In this document: one piece after another, positions 1 to 10,341 of the stretch | How positions within the stretch are numbered: the first letter of the stretch is position 1 | How the letters are laid out: every line of letters starts with the position of its first letter | The notes under the pieces: generated by a model | Databases searched by the model: none | Told to the model about the DNA's origin: nothing | The model's input: only the letters and a program-made list of their open reading frames with translations | Program-made: the position numbers and the translations under genes | Assembly: GCA_039794005.1 (NCBI GenBank) | Contig: JBAMMA010000001.1 | Span: 94,057 to 158,056 of the forward strand | Length of the DNA stretch: 64,000 bases | Direction of reading: 5' to 3' | Source: Thermoplasmata archaeon | GTDB taxonomy: Archaea; Thermoplasmatota; Thermoplasmata; Thermoplasmatales; ARK-15

Positions 1-2
1 AT

Positions 3-1892
3 AAACTAGGTTTTGGTGATATTATTGGAATACATCATGGTTCACTATCTAAGGAAATAAGAATACAGAATGAAAAATTATTAAAGGATGGTAAATTAAA
101 ATCTCTTATATGTACATCCAGTTTGGAGCTGGGAATTGATATTGGTGAAATAGATTTTATAATACAGTTTAATTCTCCAAGACAGGTATATAGATTAATA
201 CAGAGAATAGGTAGATCAGGCCATCGTTTTGACAAAATATCGAAGGGTACAATTGTTGCAAATGATCCTCTGGAAATAATAGAATCTGCATCAATTGTAG
301 ACCTTCAAAAAAAGGGCTGGATTGAGAACTTGGATATAAGGAATAATTCGCTGGTTGTTTTGGCCAATCAAATAATAATGTGGACATATACGGAAAAAGA
401 ACTTTTGGCCGAAGAGGTATATTCAATAGTTAAAAATTCTTATCCTTTTAAAAATTTAGATATTGAGACATTTCACAGGCTATTGAATTTTCTATCTGAA
501 ATTAGACTAATAAGATTTGATGGAAAGTACATAAAAAATAGTGTAAAAACATTAGATTATTTTTACAATAATATTTCTTTAATACCCGATGAAAAAACAT
601 ATGAAGTAATTGAATCTGGGACAGGCAGGTTTATAGGAACATTGGACGAATCTTTTGTTTCTCTAGAAATATATGAGGGAAATACATTTGTGATGAAGGG
701 AATTACATGGAGGGTAAATGAAATTTCAGAAAATAGAATATATGTGGATTATGTGGAAGATGTTGGAAATGTGCCAAGATGGATAGGGGAAGATATTCCA
801 GTCACATATGAAGTTGCACAAAATGCAAGAAGATTGTTAAATGAGAACATCATACCTGAATTTTTAAACGAATCTGCAAAGAAAAAGTTGCAAGAATTTT
901 ACAATAAATTCTCAGAAAAGGATTATGAAATATTAATTTCAAGGAATGGTCAAGACATAATTATTCTTGACTGGTATGGTACAAAGGTGAATGAAACTAT
1001 CGGACTATATTTAACAACGGTATTGAGGAGCATGAATTATAACGTATCATATTCAATAACTCCCTTCAGTATAATTATTTCATCTGAGGATATTCTAATA
1101 GATGAAAAGAAAATAAAAGATATATTATTAAAAGATGAAGATATTGAAAATATTATTAAAAGTGGAATAAGAACAAATAGAATATTTTTAAAAATATTTT
1201 TGTATGTTTCTAAGAAGTTTGGAATAATATCAAAGGATGCAGAGATCACATCCATAAAATTCGAAAAGATTCTGGATGCATATCAAAACACTTTAATATA
1301 TGAAGAAGCAATACAAAAGACATATTTCGATTATTTAGATATTCAAAGGACGATTGAAATTTTAAAAAATCTGAGAAATAATCCACAGAAGATAAAAATA
1401 AATCAGTTTAACGATCTTTTTGAAATATATTTAAAATATTTTGAAAGGAAGAGCAATAGGACAAAAATTACAAAAACGGTATTGCAGGCTGTAATGAAAA
1501 GGCTTGAAAATCAGGAATTAACATTTTTGTGTTTAAATTGCAAGGGTACATGGACTAAAAAGGTCTCGGATGTAAATTCTTTTAATTGCATATATTGTGG
1601 CTCTGTAAATATATCGGTAATTAAAAGATATGATAGGGATAAACTTGAAATCCTCTTAAATGGACCCAGGAATAAAAAGGATGAAGAATTTTTACAGAAG
1701 TTAAGAAATATATCAAATCTCATAAAAATACATAAAAAGGAGGCCTTATTGACGTTGGCTGGACACGGAATAAATTATGATACAGCTTTAAGGATACTAA
1801 AGAATCCACATTCAGATATCATGTATTTAATTAAAGACATTGTTGAGGCCGAATTAAATTTCACAAGGAATAAAAAGTATTGGAAATTATAA
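3..1892 (+). CDS. lhr: Lhr-family SF2 helicase, 5'-truncated by window edge
   Basis: Frame open from base 3 (IHHGSLSKE..CTSSLELGIDIG); motif VI QRIGRSGH; IGTLDESF and PRWIGE Lhr motifs; C-terminal CLNC..CIYC zinc finger. Confidence 0.92.
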   Translation, partial: KLGFGDIIGIHHGSLSKEIRIQNEKLLKDGKLKSLICTSSLELGIDIGEIDFIIQFNSPRQVYRLIQRIGRSGHRFDKISKGTIVANDPLEIIESASIVDLQKKGWIENLDIRNNSLVVLANQIIMWTYTEKELLAEEVYSIVKNSYPFKNLDIETFHRLLNFLSEIRLIRFDGKYIKNSVKTLDYFYNNISLIPDEKTYEVIESGTGRFIGTLDESFVSLEIYEGNTFVMKGITWRVNEISENRIYVDYVEDVGNVPRWIGEDIPVTYEVAQNARRLLNENIIPEFLNESAKKKLQEFYNKFSEKDYEILISRNGQDIIILDWYGTKVNETIGLYLTTVLRSMNYNVSYSITPFSIIISSEDILIDEKKIKDILLKDEDIENIIKSGIRTNRIFLKIFLYVSKKFGIISKDAEITSIKFEKILDAYQNTLIYEEAIQKTYFDYLDIQRTIEILKNLRNNPQKIKINQFNDLFEIYLKYFERKSNRTKITKTVLQAVMKRLENQELTFLCLNCKGTWTKKVSDVNSFNCIYCGSVNISVIKRYDRDKLEILLNGPRNKKDEEFLQKLRNISNLIKIHKKEALLTLAGHGINYDTALRILKNPHSDIMYLIKDIVEAELNFTRNKKYWKL

Positions 1893-2708
1893 TTTTATTT
1901 TTTTATTGTCGCACAATATTTCATATTCTTTTATTTCTATGTGTTTGCACTTTTTCTTAAGGAAGTTTTCGATCAAATATTTTCTTATGAGGGGATCTTT
2001 AGAATTTTTTATATCCTTTATTTCCTCCAAATCTCTTTCATTTTCAGCAAAACTTTCAAGTTTGCTATATTTGTTATATTTTAAATTCATTGAAGGAACA
2101 ATAAATCCAAATGCAAAACCCGCTAAATGTGCCAAATGGGCAACTCCATTATTCACATTTAACAATTCTAAAATTAACTCAAAAAGTACAAAAGCAAGAA
2201 CAGCATACTTTACTTTTATCCTGGGTAAAAAAATAAATCCGAGGAACATCGGTATCTCGTCATCGGGATAAAGCCTTAAAAAAACCCCCATAATACCAAA
2301 TATTGCACCAGATGCTCCTACCAGAATTACATAATTATTTAAATTGTATAAAATGAATATAACATTGGCAAAAACTCCTGCTGTAATAAAATAAATTAGT
2401 ATTTTTCTAGTTCCTATTCTTTCTTCCAATGGAATACCTATCAATAAAAATATTATAACATTTGAAATTATGTGTAAAAATGACTCATGTATAAATATTG
2501 AGTCTAAAATGTTGAATGATATTGGATTTAAAGAGGAATAGCCAAATATATAAATTGGATTATATCCTAAATAACTTAAAAATAATTCCATGACAAAAAT
2601 AATTATGAGAAATAAAGATGTATATAAAACAAATAATCTATTTTTTATATAAACTAAAAATAAAAAAATTAATATTATAAGAAATAATAATTCATTAAGG
2701 TATATCAT
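1887..2708 (-). CDS. Rhomboid intramembrane serine protease
   Basis: Multiple TM segments, HIISN, catalytic GASG and AHLAHLAG. Confidence 0.92.
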   Translation of the reverse strand: MIYLNELLFLIILIFLFLVYIKNRLFVLYTSLFLIIIFVMELFLSYLGYNPIYIFGYSSLNPISFNILDSIFIHESFLHIISNVIIFLLIGIPLEERIGTRKILIYFITAGVFANVIFILYNLNNYVILVGASGAIFGIMGVFLRLYPDDEIPMFLGFIFLPRIKVKYAVLAFVLFELILELLNVNNGVAHLAHLAGFAFGFIVPSMNLKYNKYSKLESFAENERDLEEIKDIKNSKDPLIRKYLIENFLKKKCKHIEIKEYEILCDNKKIKL

Positions 2709-3919
2709 GCTCCAAACTTTTCAGATCTATTACTGTAATTTAATAGTAAATTCATAACATCAGAGCCCCTAATTCTCAATGATCCTCTAATGGCCGATAT
2801 TTCATCAAAACTCTCAATACCGTCCTTTCTGAGGCCTTCAGAAGATATCAACACAGGTAGGGGATCTCCTGTATGATCTTTTACGCTGCATGGTGTTGAA
2901 TGATCTCCCGTGATCATTATCACAGCCTTATCGATAATATCCCTCAGAGGTTCCATGGCTTTATCGGCTCTTTCTATAACATCCCTTTTCAATATGGGAT
3001 TCCCATCATGCCCAGCTATATCTGTAGCCTTAATGTTAACTAAAACGAAATCGTATTCATTAAGAGCATTTATAGCACCTTTGATTTTAGCTTCCATATC
3101 CGTATTTATAGTCCCTGTGACACCTTTTATTTTTAATGGTGTGATGCCTGCCAATTTGCATATGCCGGAAATTAATGGTACTCCAACTATGCATGCAGAA
3201 CGCAAAGAATATTTTTTTTCAAAATTTTCCAATTCTGGAACAATTCCTGCCCCTCTCAGTAATACAATATTTGCCGGCATTTTATTTTGTCTTCTCCTTT
3301 CCATATTTACTGGGTGATTGTTCAATATTTCATAGCTTTTTTTTGTAAATTCATTTACTATTTTAGCCAATTTTTTCCCATCATCGTTTAAAGGTTGAGA
3401 AATCTTAACTTTAGAATTTTCAGAATGCGGATCTGTATCCGTAATTTTGGGAGACAATCCATTTCCTCTAAAAACTATGGCTACCCTATGTTCTACACCT
3501 TCCTTTGCTAAAATTTCAACATCATCAATTTTAATATTCAAAGATTCTGCGAGTTTGTCCGTTCCAGATTCTATTCTTCCAGCTCTTCTATCGATTACAT
3601 TTAAATCATCATCAACCGTTGCAAAATTCCCCCTGAACGCAATATCCCCTGGTCTCAGATCCATTCCAAGTCCCAGGGCTTCAAAGGGCCCTCTCCCAGT
3701 GTATATTTTATAAGGATCGTATCCCAATAAATTAAGGTGAGAGGTATCACTTCCAGGTCTTATGCCAGGGGCTATTGGATCCATTAACCCTACAATGCCA
3801 TTCGATGCCAAAAAATCCATGTTTCTTTTTCTGGCAGCTTGAAGAGGAGTTTTAAAATTCAATTCCCTGGATGGTCTATCACCGAGGCCATCTAGTATGA
3901 TCAATAATATCTTTTTCAT
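2705..3919 (-). CDS. apgM: 2,3-bisphosphoglycerate-independent phosphoglycerate mutase (archaeal type)
   Basis: ILDGLGD, PGSDTSHL, YTGRGPFEA, TDIAGHDG, TGDHSTP. Confidence 0.95.
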   Translation of the reverse strand: MKKILLIILDGLGDRPSRELNFKTPLQAARKRNMDFLASNGIVGLMDPIAPGIRPGSDTSHLNLLGYDPYKIYTGRGPFEALGLGMDLRPGDIAFRGNFATVDDDLNVIDRRAGRIESGTDKLAESLNIKIDDVEILAKEGVEHRVAIVFRGNGLSPKITDTDPHSENSKVKISQPLNDDGKKLAKIVNEFTKKSYEILNNHPVNMERRRQNKMPANIVLLRGAGIVPELENFEKKYSLRSACIVGVPLISGICKLAGITPLKIKGVTGTINTDMEAKIKGAINALNEYDFVLVNIKATDIAGHDGNPILKRDVIERADKAMEPLRDIIDKAVIMITGDHSTPCSVKDHTGDPLPVLISSEGLRKDGIESFDEISAIRGSLRIRGSDVMNLLLNYSNRSEKFGA

Positions 3920-4590
3920 ATTAATAGATATGCAAAAAATGAACTTAAAGTTATTGAAAATATATTAACTTCATGTTTATTCATCAAATTTCTATTTTCA
4001 AGCAGGGCTCCCAATAAACTATCTAAATTTGATGAAATAAATCCAAAAATGAAAATTATCAGAAAATTATACAATGATAATTCAAAAAATATATATGCAA
4101 ATACTGATATTATAAATGAACCAAAAAGTGAAGATAATTCTCCAATTATCGATATTCCACCATTCTCCCCTGTTTTTACCTTTTTTAGATTAATTATGTT
4201 GTATGTGTTCTTAGATAGAATTCCAATTTCTCCGGCCAATGTATCAGCTAGTGCAGCTGCTACGGAAACTGAGAATACCGTTTCCTTTGTAATAATTTTC
4301 ATAGGTAATAATACAACAATTGCTGGAACTAGACCTTTAGATATTACGCTTTTGTAAGATCTTATTACATCATCGTTTTTATATTCTACCTTGAATTTTG
4401 AAAATATGTATGAAATAAATACAAATATTATTAATAAAATTAAAAAATATATATTACTTAAAAAGTATATTTCTAAACCAATAATTAAAGATAGTAATGA
4501 GGCTTTAAAGTCTAAAATTTTCAATAATACAGTTAAAATAAATATAAGCAATAAAAATATTAAAATAAAAATTAAATATAGATTATTCAT
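3916..4590 (-). CDS. DUF92 / TMEM19-like membrane protein
   Basis: AAALADTLAGEIG, GENGGIS..G, DSLLGALLE, VN motifs; hydrophobic. Confidence 0.85.
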   Translation of the reverse strand: MNNLYLIFILIFLLLIFILTVLLKILDFKASLLSLIIGLEIYFLSNIYFLILLIIFVFISYIFSKFKVEYKNDDVIRSYKSVISKGLVPAIVVLLPMKIITKETVFSVSVAAALADTLAGEIGILSKNTYNIINLKKVKTGENGGISIIGELSSLFGSFIISVFAYIFFELSLYNFLIIFIFGFISSNLDSLLGALLENRNLMNKHEVNIFSITLSSFFAYLLI

Positions 4591-5000
4591 AGAATGCTGA
4601 GCTCCTTTAAGTTGGTTTTCTCGTTGTAATTTCTTTTGAATTCTATACCAGAATCGATTATTGTTAATTCAAGTAATGGGTCAACCTTACCTGAAATCAA
4701 ATGCCCACCAATTATTTTGTGATCAGGCCCAGCCAATGCTGCATGTATATGTAAAATAGGTTCTGTTGAGCTTATGCTTCCATGAAAAGATACCAATTCA
4801 TGGTTCTTCTCCATGAATAACTCTTCATATTGTTTTCCATTCCAATACCCAATCTTAAATTCTTTTAACATGCCTATACCCGTTAAAATAATACCTCCCT
4901 TTATGTTTTCTTCTTTAGTCAATTCGATTATTGAATCAAAAACATCCTCATCCTTTTTTAATACTGCATAGATCATATTGTTTATTCTTCTATGTTCCAT
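4587..5000 (-). CDS. PPC (DUF296) domain protein
   Basis: GIG, ELVSFHGSI, HIHAAL, GGHL; ATG at 5000 follows AGGTGA RBS. Confidence 0.88.
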   Translation of the reverse strand: MEHRRINNMIYAVLKKDEDVFDSIIELTKEENIKGGIILTGIGMLKEFKIGYWNGKQYEELFMEKNHELVSFHGSISSTEPILHIHAALAGPDHKIIGGHLISGKVDPLLELTIIDSGIEFKRNYNEKTNLKELSIL

Positions 5001-5005
5001 ATCAA

Positions 5006-5395
5006 TCACCTGTAAAATGTATATCTCTTAGGTAATCTTAATTTTATCCCCGTCCAATACTGACAGAATTCACATCTTTTTCCTACGTATACCTTATTAC
5101 CGTCCAATGTATAGTTATAAATATCTTTTAATTCGCTATTACAAATAGGGCATTTTTTTAAATTTTCAGAACTCTTATCCATTTCTTTATATTCAATGTT
5201 TACTTTTATTTTCATATCCCTTATTGCAATTATCCTTAATCTTTTTGGACTAATTTTTATATTTTTGTCAATTTTATTTAATTCATTTTTTATTAATTCA
5301 TACAATATTTTTTGCGAGGGAATTTCAGGATATTCTTCAAATATTTTATTCAATAAACTTTTTATTAAATCAACTTTTGCTAAATTGTATGTCAT
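5006..5395 (-). CDS. Hypothetical basic protein with C-terminal zinc ribbon
   Basis: CPIC..CEFC, YWTG..PKRY tail; first gene of an overlapping operon. Confidence 0.7.
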   Translation of the reverse strand: MTYNLAKVDLIKSLLNKIFEEYPEIPSQKILYELIKNELNKIDKNIKISPKRLRIIAIRDMKIKVNIEYKEMDKSSENLKKCPICNSELKDIYNYTLDGNKVYVGKRCEFCQYWTGIKLRLPKRYTFYR

Positions 5396-5439
5396 TCAAT
5401 ATAATTAAATAAATATAGTATAAAAATATTTCAAAATAT

Positions 5440-6138
5440 ATGTATTTAATAAAATTTTCCTACTATGGTCCAGCATTTGAATCATTTTCAGAAATCAAAG
5501 GTAAATTAACGGTATCTGGAATTATAAAAGAACATATCTCAAAATTTTGCAAGGAATACGGGATAAAATTTTCAAGTAGAACCGATAGAAATGTTAGCGC
5601 AATATCGAATTCATTTGGATTAATATGTGATAGGGATATCGATATATTAATGAAATATCTGAATATATTAAGAGTGCCAATATTCTTCCATTCTTACGCA
5701 ATCGTAGATGATGATTTTAATCCTAGGCATGCAAAATGCAGAAAATACATATATTTATATGAGAAGGAAATAGAAATGGACGAACAAATTATCAGGAGAA
5801 TTCAAGAATTGATCGGTAAAAAAGATTTTTCTGAATTTTCTAGATTTGATAACAGGAACCCCATTCGGAATGTGATGGATATAAAGGTAAATAAACATAA
5901 TGGAATTACATCTTTTGAAATAACCGGCGAAAATTTTCTATGGAATCAGGTAAGAAGAATGGTCGGTTACATAATTTTTGGCAAAAAAAATTTATTGATG
6001 AAGGCCGAAAATCTCATATTAAAAGATGTCTGCTATGATTTTGAATTCAAAAAGATAAATCTAGAAAATAAAAATTTGGAAAAATTCTATTTGGATTTTT
6101 TAATAAAGCAAATGATTCTGGAATTTTTAAAAGGGTAG
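5440..6138 (+). CDS. truA: tRNA pseudouridine(38-40) synthase
   Basis: SRTDRNVSA catalytic Asp motif, FNPRHA..RKYIY, DFSEF, FLWNQVRRMVG. Confidence 0.9.
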   Translation: MYLIKFSYYGPAFESFSEIKGKLTVSGIIKEHISKFCKEYGIKFSSRTDRNVSAISNSFGLICDRDIDILMKYLNILRVPIFFHSYAIVDDDFNPRHAKCRKYIYLYEKEIEMDEQIIRRIQELIGKKDFSEFSRFDNRNPIRNVMDIKVNKHNGITSFEITGENFLWNQVRRMVGYIIFGKKNLLMKAENLILKDVCYDFEFKKINLENKNLEKFYLDFLIKQMILEFLKG

Positions 6139-6203
6139 GAGGGGAATCGAACCCCTTTAAACGAGATCTGCAGTCTCGCGCATAACCACTCTGCCACCTA
6201 CCC
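6132..6203 (-). tRNA. tRNA-Cys (GCA)
   Basis: Reverse complement GGGTAGGTGGCAGAGTGGTTATGCGCGAGACTGCAGATCTCGTTTAAAGGGGTTCGATTCCCCTCCTACCCT folds as a cloverleaf; anticodon GCA, U73 discriminator, no encoded CCA. Confidence 0.96.
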
Positions 6204-6227
6204 ATTTAAATAAATTATTACTGAATT

Positions 6228-6719
6228 TTAAAAATTTCGCTTCCTTTTATTTTTCTTTTTTAACCTTGTTAAAATCAATTCTGAACCGCAGTAGGGGCAA
6301 TTCATATAATTTTTTCTGTAAATTCTTTTACATCCTTTGCATTTATAAACCCAAATGTATACATCTTTAATACCTTCTTGAGAAAATGTCATATATTCTA
6401 AATTTAAAAATTTTAAAACGTTTTGTATCGCATAATCATCTGTAACAACAGTATATCCGTATTTTATTGCAGCTGATATTAATTCTAAGTCAGTTTTTGA
6501 CAATTTTTCAAAAATTCCAGTTTTTTTAGCAGTTTCGATTGCTTTTTTTAAGCTTTCATCGTCTATTTCTAAGATTTTGATGTTTTCTAAAATAGGATAA
6601 TATTCTCTGTTTAATTTAATTTCATTAATTACACTCTCTATTGTAAAGGTCTCAACATCTGTAGGAAATGGTTTTCCTGATATTATCGCAGATGTATCCA
6701 ATATTAATTTTTTCCCCAT
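6228..6719 (-). CDS. nob1: Nob1 family PIN-domain endonuclease
   Basis: ILDTSAII, LSKTDLEL, TDDYAIQNV, C-terminal CKGC..CPYCG ribbon. Confidence 0.9.
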   Translation of the reverse strand: MGKKLILDTSAIISGKPFPTDVETFTIESVINEIKLNREYYPILENIKILEIDDESLKKAIETAKKTGIFEKLSKTDLELISAAIKYGYTVVTDDYAIQNVLKFLNLEYMTFSQEGIKDVYIWVYKCKGCKRIYRKNYMNCPYCGSELILTRLKKKNKRKRNF

Positions 6720-7249
6720 ATCGAATGTTCAGTATATTCCCCAATCTCATCCATTATTTTATAGACCATAAAATCTATTAGATCATCCAAACTTTTTGGT
6801 TTAAAATAAAATCCCGGAGAGGCGGGCATTATTATTACACCAAGGTCTGAAAGCTTTTTTAGGTTTTCCAGATGTATTGATGATATTGGTGTTTCTCTGA
6901 ACAACAAAACTATTTTTCTTCTTTCTTTTAAAGCTACTTGAAATGTTCGTGTAGTTAGCGTATCTGAAATTCCGGATGAAAATTTTGCTATTAGATCCAT
7001 AGAAGCTGGTAAGACAGCATAGACATCATATTTGAATCCTCCTGATGCTAATGGGGAGTTGAAATCATCATCTTCGTAATAATAGTTTGCTAAATTTTTT
7101 ATATAATTGATGTCATATTCTGTTTCTTCCTTTATTATTCTTTTTGCCATTTTGGTTATGATCAAATACTTTTCTGATTTCAATTTTTCTAATACCTTAA
7201 TTCCATAAATCACCCCTGAAGCTGCACCAATTGAGATTACAACCTTCAT
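6704..7249 (-). CDS. ubiX: UbiX family flavin prenyltransferase
   Basis: GAASG, SPLASG, LKERRK..RETP, PASPGFY. Confidence 0.92.
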   Translation of the reverse strand: MKVVISIGAASGVIYGIKVLEKLKSEKYLIITKMAKRIIKEETEYDINYIKNLANYYYEDDDFNSPLASGGFKYDVYAVLPASMDLIAKFSSGISDTLTTRTFQVALKERRKIVLLFRETPISSIHLENLKKLSDLGVIIMPASPGFYFKPKSLDDLIDFMVYKIMDEIGEYTEHSIWGKN

Positions 7250-7377
7250 ATTTTTATTATCACCTTGATTTTAATTATTAATTATTAAATTTTAAATTTT
7301 TTTAATTCAAATTAATTTGAATGAACATATTGTTATTGATATTTCTTTCTAAAAATTCATGTTCAAAATGAGATGTT

Positions 7378-7582
7378 TTATCTGTTATGATAAAAATTAA
7401 GATCAATTCTTCTAAAATTCAAGATTTTCTTAAGCAGATCAGAGAATTTTTTATCGATTAAGTTTAGGCTGATTCTTTTTTCTAACTGATTTTACAATTC
7501 AGAATCATGTGAAGTCTGATAAAGTTATCATGGATCATATGTCCCACAATTATTGGTTTATTTTAAACATTCAATTTTTCCA
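7378..7582 (-). pseudogene. Possible decayed ORF fragment
   Basis: One minus-strand frame reads MKWIEIYGKIECLK*...SHDSEL*NQLEKRISLNLIDKKFSDLLKKILNFRRI with several in-frame stops; identity and boundaries uncertain. Confidence 0.3.
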
Positions 7583-8201
7583 TAAATTTCTATCCATTTC
7601 ATATTGTTTTATTTAATCTTTTAACCTTTAATGGGATATCATATATTGAAATTGTAAAAATTTCAAATGATAAAATGGATACCTCGAGAGCAATATAAAA
7701 TAAAAAGAATCAAGCACGATTAAATTACAGAGATCGATGATTTTGTAAAAATTTTTTAATGAGAAGAGTTTTACTAGGCAACAATGATCGGAGAAAATAA
7801 TGTTAATAGGAAATAAATATGAATCTTGCTCTTAAATAAAATTTGATAAGATTTTTTTATTCCATTTGAAATTAACGAACAATTTATTTCGACAGGGTGT
7901 TTTGTCATCATATTAAATGAAGATTTTACCTTTAAGATTTTTTAAAATTATTATTTGTGGAGGGTAATGATGAGAGAATTTATGTAAGAATTATTCACCT
8001 TGAGAAAGTGATAGAAGAAAGGATATTGAATAATAGAGATAAACTCAAAAAGAGCATAGAAAAGTTTTGAGGTAAATAAAGTTTATAAAATTTGATTAAT
8101 TATATAGAATTATAATAGCACCATGGTGCAGAACCTTCAATACAAGATCTTAGGATTTGACGGAAATTAAGAGTTAAAAAATTAAACAACATCTATTAAA
8201 A

Positions 8202-9179
8202 TCAAATAATTCCTTCTTTTATCCATTTTGCATAGTCTTTTGCATGATATGTTATAATGATATCCGCCCCTGCCCTTTTGATAGAAGTTAGTATTTCTCT
8301 TACTACAGAAATTTCGTCCAAATATCCTGCCATACTAGCAGATTTTACCATGCTATATTCCCCACTAACATTATATGCCGCTATTGGTAATTTAAAGTTT
8401 TCCCTTGCCATCCTTATAATATCTAAATAAAACATAGCCGGTTTAACCATTATTATATCAGCGCCCTCTAAAATGTCCAACTCAATTTCTCTCATGGCCT
8501 CTCTGGCGTTGGAATAATTCATCTGATATGTTTTTCTATCGCCAAATTTAGGAGCAGAGTCAGCAGCATCTCTGAATGGTGAATATAAAGATGAAGAATA
8601 TTTCGCACTATATGCCATAATTGGAAGATATTCATACCCATTTTTATCCAATATTTCCCTAATGGCCTTTACCTGGCCATCCATCATTCCGCTTGGTGCT
8701 ATGACATCCACACCACTCTCGGCATAGCTAATTGCAATTTTTTGATATATTTCAAGGGTATTATCATTCATTATTTTACCATCAGAAATTATTCCACAAT
8801 GTCCATGAGAGGTGTATTCACACATACACAAATCAGCCATAACGAGTAGATCAGATTCATTTTTTATTTTTTTTATTGCTTTTTGGATTATTCCATTTTT
8901 ATCATATGCACTAGATGCTTTTTCGTCTTTGCATGATGGTATTCCAAAAAGTAGAACAGCTTTGATTCCTAATTCTTCCAATTCCTTTATTTCATCAGTT
9001 AATTTTTCCAGAGGAAATCTGTAAATCCCTGGCATTGAATTTATCTCCTTTTTATTTTTTATGTTTTCATCGATAAATAAGGGATAGATAAAGTCTTCAA
9101 TTTCAACACATGTTTCTTCCACCATTCTTCTAAGTATTGGATTTTCCCTAAGTCTTCTCATTCTTATGGTAGGAAACAT
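8202..9179 (-). CDS. hemB: Porphobilinogen synthase (ALA dehydratase), Zn type
   Basis: [40 protein letters not shown]; ATG after GGTGA. Confidence 0.97.
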   Translation of the reverse strand: MFPTIRMRRLRENPILRRMVEETCVEIEDFIYPLFIDENIKNKKEINSMPGIYRFPLEKLTDEIKELEELGIKAVLLFGIPSCKDEKASSAYDKNGIIQKAIKKIKNESDLLVMADLCMCEYTSHGHCGIISDGKIMNDNTLEIYQKIAISYAESGVDVIAPSGMMDGQVKAIREILDKNGYEYLPIMAYSAKYSSSLYSPFRDAADSAPKFGDRKTYQMNYSNAREAMREIELDILEGADIIMVKPAMFYLDIIRMARENFKLPIAAYNVSGEYSMVKSASMAGYLDEISVVREILTSIKRAGADIIITYHAKDYAKWIKEGII

Positions 9180-9180
9180 G

Positions 9181-10341
9181 TTAATCACCAAATATTTTCT
9201 TCAGAAATTCCAGATCTTCATTTTTTAAATATTTTTCTTGTGATTTCAAATTTTTTATTATATTCAAATAAATCCTTTTTATTATTGAATTACCGTAAAT
9301 CTGCAAAATTTCCCTTGAATTTTCACCAAGATATTTTATGGCCTTTTTTATTTCCTCATCCCTAATTTTTTCAGCCCTTTTAAACATATCAGAAATTATT
9401 TCCTCGATTTCGAGTGAGAGAATTTTATTTTCTATTTGAGGTAATTTTTCCTCTATTATTTTTTCAGCCTTTAACATTTCTTCCTTTCTTCTTGTTATAT
9501 TTTTATTTACAAAATTTTTAATATAATCAAGATCTATATATTCTCTATCATTTAATTTTTCTATGTTCCTTGGATTACCAAGATCCATGACGATATAGGG
9601 CTTTGGTAAATTAAAATTATCATTTTTTAAAAATGGTGCTTGTATAGATATAGCAGATATAAGCGCATCATATTCATGAATCCTATTTCTTAAATTTTCT
9701 ATAAAATCGATATGAACTTTGTATTCCCTTTTAATGAGGTCCAACTTTTCTTTATTTCTTCCAAAAACTGTAATTTCGTATTCTTTATCACTTAAATATT
9801 TAAGAAGAGAATGTGCAACTTTACCAGTTCCAATAATACAAATCTTTCCATTTTTTGTAAAATCTTCTAGGATTTTAACTGCTGCTTGGGGTATTGATAC
9901 TATACCGTTTCCAATCATGGTTTCCGATCTTATTATCTTTGATATGTTAAGCGATTTCATGAAAATGTAATTAATGATTTTTCCAGAAGTATGATTTTTC
10001 ATTGAATTATTAAGTGCTTCTTTTACTTGCCTTTGTACATCTTGTTCACCCGGTATCATCGAATCCATTCCTGAAGATACTTTTATTATATGCCTTACAG
10101 CATCCATATCATAGAGGACTTTTGCCTCACCGTATTTTTCAAATAATTTTTTTATATCTTCAGTGGGATCATTTTTAGGTACAATGTAAATCTCTAGTCT
10201 ATTACAAGTTCTTAAAATTAAAATTTCTTTAAAGCTATTTTTGAAATTATTAATAATCAAATCGTCATTCAAAGATGTCCATTTTTCCAATGATAGCAAA
10301 TCCATCTCCCTGTAACTTGCAACCACACTAACTAAAAACAT
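9181..10341 (-). CDS. hemA: Glutamyl-tRNA reductase
   Basis: [37 protein letters not shown]. Confidence 0.95.
   Translation of the reverse strand: MFLVSVVASYREMDLLSLEKWTSLNDDLIINNFKNSFKEILILRTCNRLEIYIVPKNDPTEDIKKLFEKYGEAKVLYDMDAVRHIIKVSSGMDSMIPGEQDVQRQVKEALNNSMKNHTSGKIINYIFMKSLNISKIIRSETMIGNGIVSIPQAAVKILEDFTKNGKICIIGTGKVAHSLLKYLSDKEYEITVFGRNKEKLDLIKREYKVHIDFIENLRNRIHEYDALISAISIQAPFLKNDNFNLPKPYIVMDLGNPRNIEKLNDREYIDLDYIKNFVNKNITRRKEEMLKAEKIIEEKLPQIENKILSLEIEEIISDMFKRAEKIRDEEIKKAIKYLGENSREILQIYGNSIIKRIYLNIIKNLKSQEKYLKNEDLEFLKKIFGD

Noticed and set aside
7378-7520. Possible group II intron reverse transcriptase remnant
   Set aside because: Only a loose LEKRI..DKKF resemblance; no YADD motif or intron domain V
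7880-7906. TTATTTCGACAGGGTG, reminiscent of an IS terminal repeat
   Set aside because: No matching second end, target duplication or transposase ORF seen
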